DNA from: a virus
Reading direction: 5' to 3' (one strand)
DNA: 64,000 nt
Virus record (IMG/VR): IMGVR_UViG_3300033485_000002
Location: 104,261 to 168,260 of that record
The position numbers and the translations under genes were made by a program. The stretch's first letter is position 1, and every line of letters begins with the position of its first letter. A model generated the notes under the pieces. The model had not been told where the DNA came from. It did not search any database and saw nothing but the letters and a program-made list of their open reading frames with translations. Shown piece by piece: positions 17,210 through 26,629 of this stretch.

Positions 17210-17588
17210 GTATCGTGACCTGAAGCGCTTGGCGCAACAGAAGCACTTCCGCTTGCGGGCACAGGAGCGGCTAGGATATGCACTGCGAGAGGAAGAGATC
17301 GCGGAGTTGCTTCGAAAGATCCAAGCTGGGGAAGCGGAGCTGATAACTCGTCCTTCAGCACGGTTGGTGCTTTGGCGAGTACTGGTGAATGGACGTTCAA
17401 TGGTTGCTGTCTATGACCTGGAAACGGATGAACTGGTCACGCTCATGGGTGAGACGATCTGGCAGAATCAGGAGATGAGCAAGTCCCCCCATGTGCGGGA
17501 TGACGGTGTTCTTCGTTCTACTTTAGCGGAAACGCAGGCAGGAAGAGTGCTTGCGGAACTGTTGGAGAAGAAAAATGGGAACAGGTGA
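17199..17588 (+). CDS. hypothetical protein, possible RelE/BrnT-like RNase fold
   Basis: HFRLRAQER helix and terminal VAVYD..LVTL strands. Confidence 0.5.
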   Translation: MSDKYRDLKRLAQQKHFRLRAQERLGYALREEEIAELLRKIQAGEAELITRPSARLVLWRVLVNGRSMVAVYDLETDELVTLMGETIWQNQEMSKSPHVRDDGVLRSTLAETQAGRVLAELLEKKNGNR

Positions 17589-17784
17589 TTTGGATGAAGA
17601 GGAGAGGCGCTACTGGGGTACGGGAGACTTTGAGCCGACTGTTTACAATACGGATATTGTGGACAGATCAATAGCGTATTTGCAGCAAGAGTATAAGCGC
17701 CCTTATTTGCGCCCAGAGCGAGATCTCGGGCTTGATGAGTCTTTAGTGGTAAACCTAAAAATGGTTGCGGACACAATGTTTTAG
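17575..17784 (+). CDS. hypothetical protein
   Basis: GGAG SD; overlapping packing. Confidence 0.55.
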   Translation: MGTGDLDEEERRYWGTGDFEPTVYNTDIVDRSIAYLQQEYKRPYLRPERDLGLDESLVVNLKMVADTMF

Positions 17785-17799
17785 GAGAAGGAGAGCGGT

Positions 17800-18300
17800 A
17801 TGAAGAGTTCTAGAGAGCTGAAGGACATGATTCTGCGCCGGATGGAGGAGCGTCAACAGGAACAGGAGCGGGAGGAGCTTGTAGAGCCTTCCTTCGCGGA
17901 AGATGAAGTGAAGATCCCGGAGTTAGATGAATTGGACGCAGAGGAACTGGTTTGGCAGGAAGAAGAGGACGATATTAACCACACCTTGATTGCGATCGAG
18001 GAAGAGGGTTTCGCTAGCTATGTAACGGGTAAACAGAGCGAGGAAAACCCGTACATGGCGGAAAACGAGATCCTGGCTGAAGCCTGGAATGAGGGCTGGA
18101 TTAGCGCCCATGTGCAGACCTGCACTACGAACATTCTGTTGACAGCCAAGCGACTGGTGGAAGCAGAAACCCCCGAGGTTGCAGAGCAGGAAATGGCCAA
18201 TCTCGAAGAGGCGGTTAATCTTGCTAAGGAAGCCCTCGATTTCGAAGAGGCCGAGATGTTTTGGAAGGCTGTCCTCGAAGGTGGAGAGACTTCAGAGTGA
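17800..18300 (+). CDS. acidic protein with Rmf/CrpP-like motif
   Basis: EGFASYVTGKQSEENPY..AEAWNEGW resembles the ribosome modulation factor pattern. Confidence 0.55.
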   Translation: MKSSRELKDMILRRMEERQQEQEREELVEPSFAEDEVKIPELDELDAEELVWQEEEDDINHTLIAIEEEGFASYVTGKQSEENPYMAENEILAEAWNEGWISAHVQTCTTNILLTAKRLVEAETPEVAEQEMANLEEAVNLAKEALDFEEAEMFWKAVLEGGETSE

Positions 18301-18689
18301 CCAAGTGGAGCCGTTCTGTTGGTCTGAGCATCGTTCTGGCGATTTGCGCTGCATTTGCGTGGGCTGGAACCCCGCAAAGCCGCATGTATACCGTGACTTC
18401 AAAGAGTTCGGTCACGATCCCGGAACAGTATCGCCAGCCAACCCCCCTGTGGGATATTCACGTCGGTAGCTGGTTGAATGAGGCCCGTCACCAAACTGGA
18501 GACTTGTATCTACACCGAATCGAGAAACTCGGATGGAAATACAAGATAAAGGATGATAGGGGCCGGATTTTCACATTGTACGCGGGACGAGACTGGAATC
18601 TCAGTCCCGGTACGATTTTGATTATCAGTGGTGAACCAGACCGTACCGGTGTGTTTATTCCACAGGGGGAACGGTATTATGCCAAATAA
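18297..18689 (+). CDS. secreted hypothetical protein
   Basis: GTG overlapping upstream TGA; signal peptide ending AFAWA. Confidence 0.65.
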   Translation: MTKWSRSVGLSIVLAICAAFAWAGTPQSRMYTVTSKSSVTIPEQYRQPTPLWDIHVGSWLNEARHQTGDLYLHRIEKLGWKYKIKDDRGRIFTLYAGRDWNLSPGTILIISGEPDRTGVFIPQGERYYAK

Positions 18690-19119
18690 GTTTACTCCCC
18701 AAGAGTTACTCCAGCGTGCGCTCGTATTGCTTGGGGAAGATTATGATGCAGAGAATGATTCGTTTTTCGTTGTGATTACGAAAGACGGCAAGCTTCCAGA
18801 GGCGCTGGTGGGTGACCAGCAGATTATCGGGGAACTGAATCTCAAGACCGTTATTGCTTTCATCAACGAAGCTATCACTCAACTGTGTGCGACATTCGGA
18901 AGGCACCCTTACACTTTTATCGTGCGGCATATCCTCAGCCATTTCATCGACCAAGAGCGGGTAGTACTCAACGAAGTACTAATGTCCCGAGCCACGCTGG
19001 GTGACATGTCCCCAGGCGAGGTGCTTGCCTTGCAAGCTCTAGAAGATGAGGGTGAGGATGTAGATACCGGCGCTAGAGCCTTTATCGTTAACCCGGCTAT
19101 GGACGAGGTGAACAACTAG
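18679..19119 (+). CDS. hypothetical protein
   Basis: Overlapping packing. Confidence 0.65.
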   Translation: MPNKFTPQELLQRALVLLGEDYDAENDSFFVVITKDGKLPEALVGDQQIIGELNLKTVIAFINEAITQLCATFGRHPYTFIVRHILSHFIDQERVVLNEVLMSRATLGDMSPGEVLALQALEDEGEDVDTGARAFIVNPAMDEVNN

Positions 19120-19198
19120 TCGTAGTCAGCGTAGGACGATCCTGGCGTTATCCCTCGGGTTTGCTCCCCCCGAGTAGGTAGCTCCCGCACTTCTATCT

Positions 19199-19227
19199 AC
19201 CCCCGGTGGCCACCGGGGGTCTTTTTT
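19199..19227 (+). terminator. intrinsic terminator (perfect 22-bp palindrome)
   Basis: ACCCCCGGTGGCCACCGGGGGT then CTTTTTT. Confidence 0.85.
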
Positions 19228-19254
19228 GCTATAGTGACCGGGCAGGAGGAGTAT

Positions 19255-19494
19255 ATGCCTAACGTAACCCTTGATAACGTCGTGGAATGTTTTACTTATC
19301 ATCCGCCTGACGGTGAACAGCAGGTGCTCTATCACACCATCCAGGAAGAGACCGTTCGGTTGGCAAAAACAATCTTGGAGTTGTGCCCGGAGTCCAGGGA
19401 AAAGGCACTGGCGATCACGAAGCTGCAAGAGGCTCGGATGTGGGCGAATGCGTCGATTGCGCTGAAGGGTGTGAAGACTAGCGACCTTAGCTAA
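19255..19494 (+). CDS. Acb2/Tad1-like helical hairpin protein (possible anti-defence nucleotide sponge)
   Basis: FTYHPP..CPESREKALAITKLQEARMWANASIA; the SRExxxAxTxxxEAxMW pattern resembles the Tad1 C-terminal hairpin; AGGAGG SD. Confidence 0.6.
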   Translation: MPNVTLDNVVECFTYHPPDGEQQVLYHTIQEETVRLAKTILELCPESREKALAITKLQEARMWANASIALKGVKTSDLS

Positions 19495-19515
19495 TTAGCA
19501 CCATCACTTAGCTGA

Positions 19516-19553
19516 GAGCGAGCTGCCGTCATTTATTGGGTGGCTCGCTTTTT
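19516..19553 (+). terminator. terminator-like hairpin with TTTATTG in its loop
   Basis: GAGCGAGCTGCC/GGTGGCTCGCTT stem followed by T-run. Confidence 0.6.
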
Positions 19554-19572
19554 GTGTGCCCGGAGGTTGTGC

Positions 19573-20157
19573 GTGGCGCTAGTCTACCGAAACATCCTTG
19601 GCCCCATTGCAGGACCGGATGGGACGGTACTTGCATCGGGTGAGTTGCGCGTGAAGCCCCTTGCCCCAATCGTTGATGGCACCACCTTTATCTCACCGGA
19701 TGAGCTGGTACTGTCGATTGTAGACGGGCTGTTTACGCTCACGTTGGCCGCTCCTGCAAACTATGAGTTCCTGGTGATCGATCAGTACAATGAGACGCTA
19801 TGGAACTTTCAGGCGGGGCTGAGCGGGGAGTCGGCAGCCGACATTCGGTTGTCGGAATTGTACTTGCTGTCGGGGGTGGAAGTAGATGATGTTGTCGATC
19901 TTTCCTTTACTTTCCCCCAGCTTCTCGATGTTCCGGGGACGTATGTCGATCAGGCTAATAAGCTGGTAAAGGTCAACGAGGCCGAAGACGGCTTGGTTTT
20001 TACGACGCCACTCCCAATTACAACTGGGAGTGGTAGCCCGGAAGGGGCTGTGACGGCTGCAATTGGTTCTCTGTTTTTGCGTCTTGATGGTGGTGTAGGT
20101 ACAACTTTGTACGTCAAAGAATCCGGCACGGGGAATACCGGCTGGGCAGCTAAGTAG
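19573..20157 (+). CDS. virion fibre/adaptor protein, paralog 1
   Basis: N-terminal domain shared with 24986 and 25616; C-terminal GSPEGAVTAAIGSLFLRLDGG..LYVKESGTGNTGW fibre motif. Confidence 0.7.
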   Translation: MALVYRNILGPIAGPDGTVLASGELRVKPLAPIVDGTTFISPDELVLSIVDGLFTLTLAAPANYEFLVIDQYNETLWNFQAGLSGESAADIRLSELYLLSGVEVDDVVDLSFTFPQLLDVPGTYVDQANKLVKVNEAEDGLVFTTPLPITTGSGSPEGAVTAAIGSLFLRLDGGVGTTLYVKESGTGNTGWAAK

Positions 20158-20168
20158 GAGGTTTTTCT

Positions 20169-21839
20169 ATGGCTATTGGTGACGACTTCAGCGTTTCTGT
20201 TGCTGGTGATATCCGGCACGTAAGCGGGGCAACAACTTACACGGTGCTAGAGTTGCACCGATGGCTCCAGAATCTTGCTGATGACCCGGCAGCTTCTGGC
20301 AATGATTATCTTGACATCACGAGTGCTACTCCGTCAGAGCGGTCAACGGATAACATTATTACGCTTAATAGCCCGTATAACATCGACGCGACCGCTGCCG
20401 AGTACCTCTACGACGGCTCGATCTCGCAGGGCGGTGGAGCCGAGATGTACAGCGGGCTGGTCGTCGTGGGATCGCTTGCTGGTACCACCACCCTCCAGGT
20501 GGTGCAGGACAACGCGCTCTATGACACCGACACTCCGTTCTGGGGCACTGGGCTGAATGCCGATGCCACTCAGAACATTCTGATGCGCTGTTTGATCCTG
20601 ACCCGTACCGGAAGTGCCGACATCGACGGCAAGCGTATCCGTGTGTATGCCCGTGAATGGGGCGATACCTACGCGGAGTTCTCGGTGACCATGGGTCTCG
20701 GCAACTCGGTCGCGGCTATCTTCACCAACGATGACCTGAACAACACCACTGGTTCAGGTACGGTTGCCACCTGGACCGAGATCACCAACGTCGAGGGTTA
20801 CCAGACTATCGACCTGGGTAACGGCAACGGTGCCCGTCCGTACTACTCGCAGTGGAACAGGGCTTCTTACACCATCAATCAGCTCTATGAGCGTGCCAAG
20901 TACATTACTCGCCGTGGAACCAGTGAAACCATCCACGGGATGGACGGAGAACTGTTCCGGGGCATCACGCACCAGTGGGCTTATGACGGAGAGACCGGTA
21001 CTGCATTCGTTGAGGACGAGGAGCTGTCGTGGGGGACGGGTGCGACGGCTGGTACGGGCACGTTGCTCGCACTCAAGGATGATGGGAACGCCGGTACGGT
21101 GTGGATCCAGCTTCTTACCGGTGTTCCACCGACCGACGATCTTGCCTTCGCGGGTGCTACCGCGCAAGCGGTGGTCAACGGCACTGTGACTTCCCGCTCC
21201 CTCCCGGCTGTGTTCATCGGGCAGTCCACGGGTTCAGCCATCATCGGTGGTTTTGGTATCGGTATCGAATCGGGTGATCTGACCGTTAATGACAAGCTTT
21301 TCGACCTGACCAACACCCAGCAGACTCCTCCGAACAACGTCATCTTCTACGTGTACGGGTTAATCAGTGGTCAGGATCGTCTGTTGGTGACCAACGACAA
21401 CGGTTCCGTGGGTATCGATACGGATCAGATGTTACTGGCTACCACTTTGAACGGTGCCACTGAAACGTCAGTGGTTGTGGGTGCCGCGAGTATTCCGGCT
21501 GATACCCCCCAGACTGGTACACTTCGGATTGTGTTGGATGATGGACGCCACCGAGCTGTTGCCTACACAGCGCACGATAGTGACGATACCTTCACCATTG
21601 CCAGTACTGACTTTACTGACCCGAACGACGCAACTGCCGGAAACGGTGTTTATATCGCGTACCTCGATAAGGAGGCAACGGCTGCGACCGAGTCGTTCAC
21701 CGTGGTCTACTCCGCTCCCAGAACTCTGTTTGTACGGGTGCGTGACGGTGGTGCAACTCCAATCAAGACCTTCCAGACTACTGCTGGGTTAGGTGCTGGC
21801 GGTGGTTCGGCGACCGCGATTCGTACTCCGGATGCGTAA
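20169..21839 (+). CDS. virion structural protein (Thr/Gly/Asp-rich, beta-rich)
   Basis: AGGAGG SD; high-expression codon bias; structural-gene context. Confidence 0.7.
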   Translation: MAIGDDFSVSVAGDIRHVSGATTYTVLELHRWLQNLADDPAASGNDYLDITSATPSERSTDNIITLNSPYNIDATAAEYLYDGSISQGGGAEMYSGLVVVGSLAGTTTLQVVQDNALYDTDTPFWGTGLNADATQNILMRCLILTRTGSADIDGKRIRVYAREWGDTYAEFSVTMGLGNSVAAIFTNDDLNNTTGSGTVATWTEITNVEGYQTIDLGNGNGARPYYSQWNRASYTINQLYERAKYITRRGTSETIHGMDGELFRGITHQWAYDGETGTAFVEDEELSWGTGATAGTGTLLALKDDGNAGTVWIQLLTGVPPTDDLAFAGATAQAVVNGTVTSRSLPAVFIGQSTGSAIIGGFGIGIESGDLTVNDKLFDLTNTQQTPPNNVIFYVYGLISGQDRLLVTNDNGSVGIDTDQMLLATTLNGATETSVVVGAASIPADTPQTGTLRIVLDDGRHRAVAYTAHDSDDTFTIASTDFTDPNDATAGNGVYIAYLDKEATAATESFTVVYSAPRTLFVRVRDGGATPIKTFQTTAGLGAGGGSATAIRTPDA

Positions 21840-21847
21840 GGTGAGTA

Positions 21848-22336
21848 ATGACAGATGATGCGGTTAATCGTTGTGGAGGTTGTACTTTATGCTGTGACCT
21901 GTTAGAGGTCAAAGCCTTAGACAAACCTACACATACGGCATGTAAATACTGTAGCTATGGCGTGGGGTGTTCCATCTATGGAGATGAGCAACGCCCCATC
22001 GCCTGCTCAGCCTATCAATGTGCCTACCTTTTCAATAAGAGTTGGCCGGAGTCCTTACGCCCTGATCGTTGTGGGGTTGTTTTCGAACCATTTAACGAAG
22101 ATGAAAAACTCTGCTTCACAGCCTGTGTTTCTTTAGATTGGCCGAATGCTTGGCAGGAGGGGGCTGCGGCGGCTGCCATTGACCGCATGATGCGGGAAGA
22201 TTGCGCTGTGATCGTTGTAGTTGGAGAAAAAAACCACGTTCTACTGCCCCCAGGTCAAACCCCAGAAATGGTTTGGGCGAGGTATGAACGTGTCGTGAGG
22301 CAGCTATGGCCGCACCGACTTACGCAACCGACTTAG
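21848..22336 (+). CDS. CxxCxxCC (YkgJ-type) Fe-S/zinc cysteine-cluster protein
   Basis: CGGCTLCC..KPTHTACKYC..GCSIY..RPIACSAYQC..RPDRCGVVF. Confidence 0.8.
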   Translation: MTDDAVNRCGGCTLCCDLLEVKALDKPTHTACKYCSYGVGCSIYGDEQRPIACSAYQCAYLFNKSWPESLRPDRCGVVFEPFNEDEKLCFTACVSLDWPNAWQEGAAAAAIDRMMREDCAVIVVVGEKNHVLLPPGQTPEMVWARYERVVRQLWPHRLTQPT

Positions 22337-24135
22337 CCGATATCACACTGTGTGAGTCGGGGAGTTTTACCGAGTTTACTGGCTATACGGCTGGTACTAT
22401 CCAGACCGTACCTGAAACCGACTACTTCATCCAAGGTTCTGGTTGCGTCAGTTCTACTTGCAAAACTACCCTTAACAGCATTGCTTTCAACTATGGTAGT
22501 GGGGTAACCGTTCCATCCAATGGGGCTGTCCTCTACTGGCAAGCTTGCTGGGTGCCCAACTCGATGAACACGTTCACCAGTGGTGGTCAACGTTGTTTCA
22601 TTGGTACAGATGTTAGTAATTTCAAAGCATGGATATCCGGTGGTAGCGATTTTCCGCCAAACCCGTATGGTGGTTGGAAGAACGTTGCTATTGACCCAAC
22701 TGTAACAAATGATTACTCAGCAGGGACACTTACCACCTATCAGTACTTCGGGGTTGGGCTTAACCTGCCAACCACCTACCCTGGCAAAGGTGCGATGTTC
22801 GGCATGGATGCCATCAGATATGGCCGTGCTGAATTTCGAGTCTATAACGGTGAGAGTGGAACCCCCGCAACTTTTGCGGGGATGGCGTCCAAGAACGACG
22901 CAAATGATGCGACGAATGGCTACAATCGATGGGGGCTGTTCCAGTCCGTTGCTGGTGGTTATCTGTGGAAAGGGCTGATCACATTAGGCTATTCCGCTGC
23001 TGTTTACTTCAGCGATTCGAACAAGACCATCCTGATTGACGACTGCCCACGGGTGGGGTCAGCGTTTACCACGTTGGATATCAAGCAGTCGGGCAGTACG
23101 GTCATCATGACCAACTGTTCGTTCACAGCGTTAGGGACCACTACTCGGGGCACCTGGACGACGACTGATAACGCAACGGTGACGCTGACGAACTGCGTGT
23201 TCACCGATATGGGCACCTTCGGTTTCTTGTCGAACACAACGGCCACCGGTTGCACCTTCCGTCGTACCGACCAGATCACAGCTCCAGGATCGGATCTGAC
23301 CGCTTCTAGAGTTGAGCTTAGCCGAGTTGCGGCTGATACATCAGCGGTCGTGTGGAACGTAAACACGGATACTGATGGCTATCTAGATGACATGTACTTC
23401 AGCAAGGGTACGAATGCCCACCATGCTATCGAATTGGGTACATCCAGCCCAACTGAAGTAACCCTTCGTGGCATCACGTTTTCCGGATTCAATGGTTCGA
23501 ATGCGCAAAATGACTCGGTAATTCATGTTAAACGAACGACTGGTGCAGTAGTCATTAACGCATCAGGGTGCAACGGCACCGTCAGCTACAAGACGGATGG
23601 TGCTACGGTTTCCGTTGTCAGTGATCCGGTCACTATTACGATCACCGTGCAGGAAGTAGACGGCACCAAGATCCAGAGCGCTCGGGTACTGTTAACAGCC
23701 TCTGACGGTACCGGGCCTTTCCCCTTTGAAGAGACGGTGACTATCGATAACACTGGGACTACCGCAACTGTAACCCACACCGGGCACGGGATGACTACCA
23801 ATGACAAGGTGCTCATCGAAGGGGCTAGCCTCGCACTGAATAACGGAGTGTTTTCGATTACTTATGTCTCTGATAATAGCTATACTTACACTATGTCGTC
23901 CGATCCTGGTGGAGACCCCACAGGCACCATCAAGGCAACCTTTGTCGCGGTGTCCGGGGAAACCAACAGTAGTGGAATTGCTACTGCAAGTCGTGTCTAT
24001 TCGGCAGACCAGCCAGTTGTTGGTTGGGCGCGAAAAGCTTCGTCAGCACCTTATTACAAAACAGGACTAATCTCTGGAGTTGTTGATAGTACCACTGGTT
24101 ACTCAGCAACCGTGCTTATGATTGAGGACGTATAA
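22306..24135 (+). CDS. virion structural protein with beta-helix-like segment
   Basis: T/G/S-rich; repeated TNCSF/TNCVF/TGCTF beta-helix rungs. Confidence 0.65.
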   Translation: MAAPTYATDLADITLCESGSFTEFTGYTAGTIQTVPETDYFIQGSGCVSSTCKTTLNSIAFNYGSGVTVPSNGAVLYWQACWVPNSMNTFTSGGQRCFIGTDVSNFKAWISGGSDFPPNPYGGWKNVAIDPTVTNDYSAGTLTTYQYFGVGLNLPTTYPGKGAMFGMDAIRYGRAEFRVYNGESGTPATFAGMASKNDANDATNGYNRWGLFQSVAGGYLWKGLITLGYSAAVYFSDSNKTILIDDCPRVGSAFTTLDIKQSGSTVIMTNCSFTALGTTTRGTWTTTDNATVTLTNCVFTDMGTFGFLSNTTATGCTFRRTDQITAPGSDLTASRVELSRVAADTSAVVWNVNTDTDGYLDDMYFSKGTNAHHAIELGTSSPTEVTLRGITFSGFNGSNAQNDSVIHVKRTTGAVVINASGCNGTVSYKTDGATVSVVSDPVTITITVQEVDGTKIQSARVLLTASDGTGPFPFEETVTIDNTGTTATVTHTGHGMTTNDKVLIEGASLALNNGVFSITYVSDNSYTYTMSSDPGGDPTGTIKATFVAVSGETNSSGIATASRVYSADQPVVGWARKASSAPYYKTGLISGVVDSTTGYSATVLMIEDV

Positions 24136-24389
24136 TGGAAAAAAGTGACTGGCAAAAACTGTATGAGGCTCTTGCAAATAGAACCGAAATGCTAGAGCGT
24201 GAAAACGCTTGGTTGAAGACGCAACTTTTAGTCGCTGGTGCTCAGAGTAAAACGTGGGAGAACGATAAGGAGCAACAGCAGACGATCATTCAACGAGAAC
24301 TCACTCGACTCAATACCATGCACCAAGAACAAGCTGAAGAAATTGTTCGTCTGAAGACAGAATTAAGGAAATACCACGATGCAGATTGA
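24135..24389 (+). CDS. small coiled-coil protein
   Basis: Heptad pattern; coupled start. Confidence 0.6.
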   Translation: MEKSDWQKLYEALANRTEMLERENAWLKTQLLVAGAQSKTWENDKEQQQTIIQRELTRLNTMHQEQAEEIVRLKTELRKYHDAD

Positions 24390-24984
24390 CTGGGGCACCA
24401 AGGTTATCTATGTCTATAAAGCAGATGACTTTATGACAGACCTTGGTGGGAATCTGTACGAGATGGACACCAATGCCTTTCGCCTTGCATTGAAGAATGC
24501 GGAAGACGATGAGGAAGGTATTCCTCATGACGACACCCATAGCCACAATACTCAGGTTCTGCTTGGTGGCGTGATCTATGCCCGAGTGATCGAGATGATC
24601 AATGGCTACACCATCACTTTTGAGGATGGCCAGTACGCAGTTAACCTTAAGGGTTCGAATAACAATATTGCTGATGTCACCAATGTAAACCAAGTTTCCC
24701 TTCGAGTTTTCAACTCAGCGGGTCTCCAGGTCGTAGAGACCGGGATTACTGGTTTAACGGATGAGGAAGCAGAAAATCTGGCGATAGCCGCAGGGCAGGC
24801 TACGTTTGCCCATCTTGCAGCAACGACAGCGGCAGAAGAGGCCGAGATTAGCCGGAAGCTCAGTACGAACAAGGCAGTGATCAGCCCAGATGATCTGCTT
24901 GTCACCGTTTATGACGACGATGGGACAACGGTACTTTACCAGTTCGATATTTCTTCGGATAAAAGGGTGAGAATACCACGATAA
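24379..24984 (+). CDS. putative virion structural protein
   Basis: Structural cluster; AAGGA SD. Confidence 0.65.
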   Translation: MQIDWGTKVIYVYKADDFMTDLGGNLYEMDTNAFRLALKNAEDDEEGIPHDDTHSHNTQVLLGGVIYARVIEMINGYTITFEDGQYAVNLKGSNNNIADVTNVNQVSLRVFNSAGLQVVETGITGLTDEEAENLAIAAGQATFAHLAATTAAEEAEISRKLSTNKAVISPDDLLVTVYDDDGTTVLYQFDISSDKRVRIPR

Positions 24985-24985
24985 C

Positions 24986-25615
24986 ATGGATATCTTCCCG
25001 GATTGGCTCGGTCAGTATGGAAGCAATGTCGTAGGCATTGCCGGATATCGTACTGTAACCGGCCCAATCAAGAATACCCAAGGGGGAAACCTTGCGAGTG
25101 GTATTTTACGGGTCAAACTCCGGGATCCAGTTATCGAGGGGACGATGTTCATTGTTCCGCAAGAGCTAGATGCTGAAATTGAAAATGGTATCGTTGCCAT
25201 TAACCTTGCCGCACCCGGTCATTACGAATTCCTTGTCCTAAACCAGGACCACGATGCTCTGTGGGATTTCCAGTCTTACCTGTCGGATGACACAGATGCC
25301 CCGATCTCGTTGGCGGAGCTGTATATCTCCCAGACCGACGTAGAGCAGGATCTGACAACCATCCCCAGGACGTTTGTGGGGCTGCTGGACACGCCTAACA
25401 GCCTGTTAGGGGCCGGTGGCAAGCTCCTACAGATCGGGGAGGACGAGGCAGGGGTCCAGGTCACCTCTAAGATCCTATGGGGCACAGGAAGCCCACAGGG
25501 GGTCATTGTGGCCACTATTGGCACCATCTACATCCGGGAGGATGGTGGTGCCGGAACAACGATGTACGTTAAAGAATCTGGCAATGGTACGGCGAATGGA
25601 TGGGTGGCGAAGTAA
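24986..25615 (+). CDS. virion fibre/adaptor protein, paralog 2
   Basis: Full-length similarity to 19573 gene, including GSPQGVIVATIGTIYIREDGG..YVKESG..GW. Confidence 0.7.
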   Translation: MDIFPDWLGQYGSNVVGIAGYRTVTGPIKNTQGGNLASGILRVKLRDPVIEGTMFIVPQELDAEIENGIVAINLAAPGHYEFLVLNQDHDALWDFQSYLSDDTDAPISLAELYISQTDVEQDLTTIPRTFVGLLDTPNSLLGAGGKLLQIGEDEAGVQVTSKILWGTGSPQGVIVATIGTIYIREDGGAGTTMYVKESGNGTANGWVAK

Positions 25616-26617
25616 ATGGCGCTTCAAACGCGACAGATTACAGGTCCGATCGAGACCCCTGAGCATGAGGTTGTAGCTCAGGGTTTCTTGCGGATACAAC
25701 TGTTATACCCAATTGCTGATGAAGACACCTTAGTTGCCCCGTTCAAGCTCGAATACAACATCACGAATGGTACACTTCCGGTAAGTTGTAAGCTCGCTGT
25801 ACCGGGGTCATACCAGTTCCAGATTCTCGATATCGAGGAAGAGCGGGTGTGGACCTTCCAGGTCGAGGTGTTCCCGAACTCTGGAACCCCGATCTCGGTT
25901 GCTGAGTTATGGCTCTTGTCGAGGTTATTAGACGGGATAGGGGATGACGAAAATCCCGAGAATTTTGATGCCTCCCTCCTCGGGTCCAATGGCGCAACTG
26001 ATGGGCAAGTCCTGACGGCTGATGGTGTTGGTGGGGCTGCCTGGGAGTTTGTGTCTGGATCCGGGTTAGGCGACATGCTCAAAATTGTCTACGACACCAA
26101 TGACGATGGTCGAGTAGACGCCGCTGATCAGGCCACCGCAGCCGATTTGGCAGATGACTCAACTCGTTTTGGGGGGCTGCTACCAGCCGATTTTCAAGAG
26201 GCGCTTCAGGATGCCACAACGGAAGGAACGCTTCTTACCTGGGACACGACGTTAGAGGCGTATACCCCAAATGGGAATGCGCAACTTACAGATGGGGGCA
26301 CGCTATACGTCACTGGGCTGCATGTCACGGGAGCGACATTCGGCAACGTGTTCGTGATGAATCAGGTTTATTATTCGATAGGGGGCGAGACGCATGTGCT
26401 CGTCATAATGGAAGATGACGTGGAAGTCCGGTTACCGGACCCTATCGAAAGCAATGGACGTGTGATTGAGATCAAGAAGGGGTCAGCGGACGGGAAATTG
26501 GTCATGATCTCATCGGCTGGAACTGGGAAAATCGACGGTGAGGCCAACTATTACTTGAACTATAAGTATGAAGCAATCACCTGCGTGGCTATGAACAACG
26601 GGTGGTTCATCTTCTAA
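25616..26617 (+). CDS. virion fibre protein, paralog 3
   Basis: Same N-terminal domain; GDMLKIVYDTNDDGRVDAAD fibre motif; C-terminal domain shared with 26630 gene. Confidence 0.7.
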   Translation: MALQTRQITGPIETPEHEVVAQGFLRIQLLYPIADEDTLVAPFKLEYNITNGTLPVSCKLAVPGSYQFQILDIEEERVWTFQVEVFPNSGTPISVAELWLLSRLLDGIGDDENPENFDASLLGSNGATDGQVLTADGVGGAAWEFVSGSGLGDMLKIVYDTNDDGRVDAADQATAADLADDSTRFGGLLPADFQEALQDATTEGTLLTWDTTLEAYTPNGNAQLTDGGTLYVTGLHVTGATFGNVFVMNQVYYSIGGETHVLVIMEDDVEVRLPDPIESNGRVIEIKKGSADGKLVMISSAGTGKIDGEANYYLNYKYEAITCVAMNNGWFIF

Positions 26618-26629
26618 GGAGATTGAGAT

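Noticed and set aside
18679-18740. QELLQRALVLLGE as another cargo linker
   Set aside because: The protein is acidic and lies in an accessory operon; likely a chance amphipathic helix
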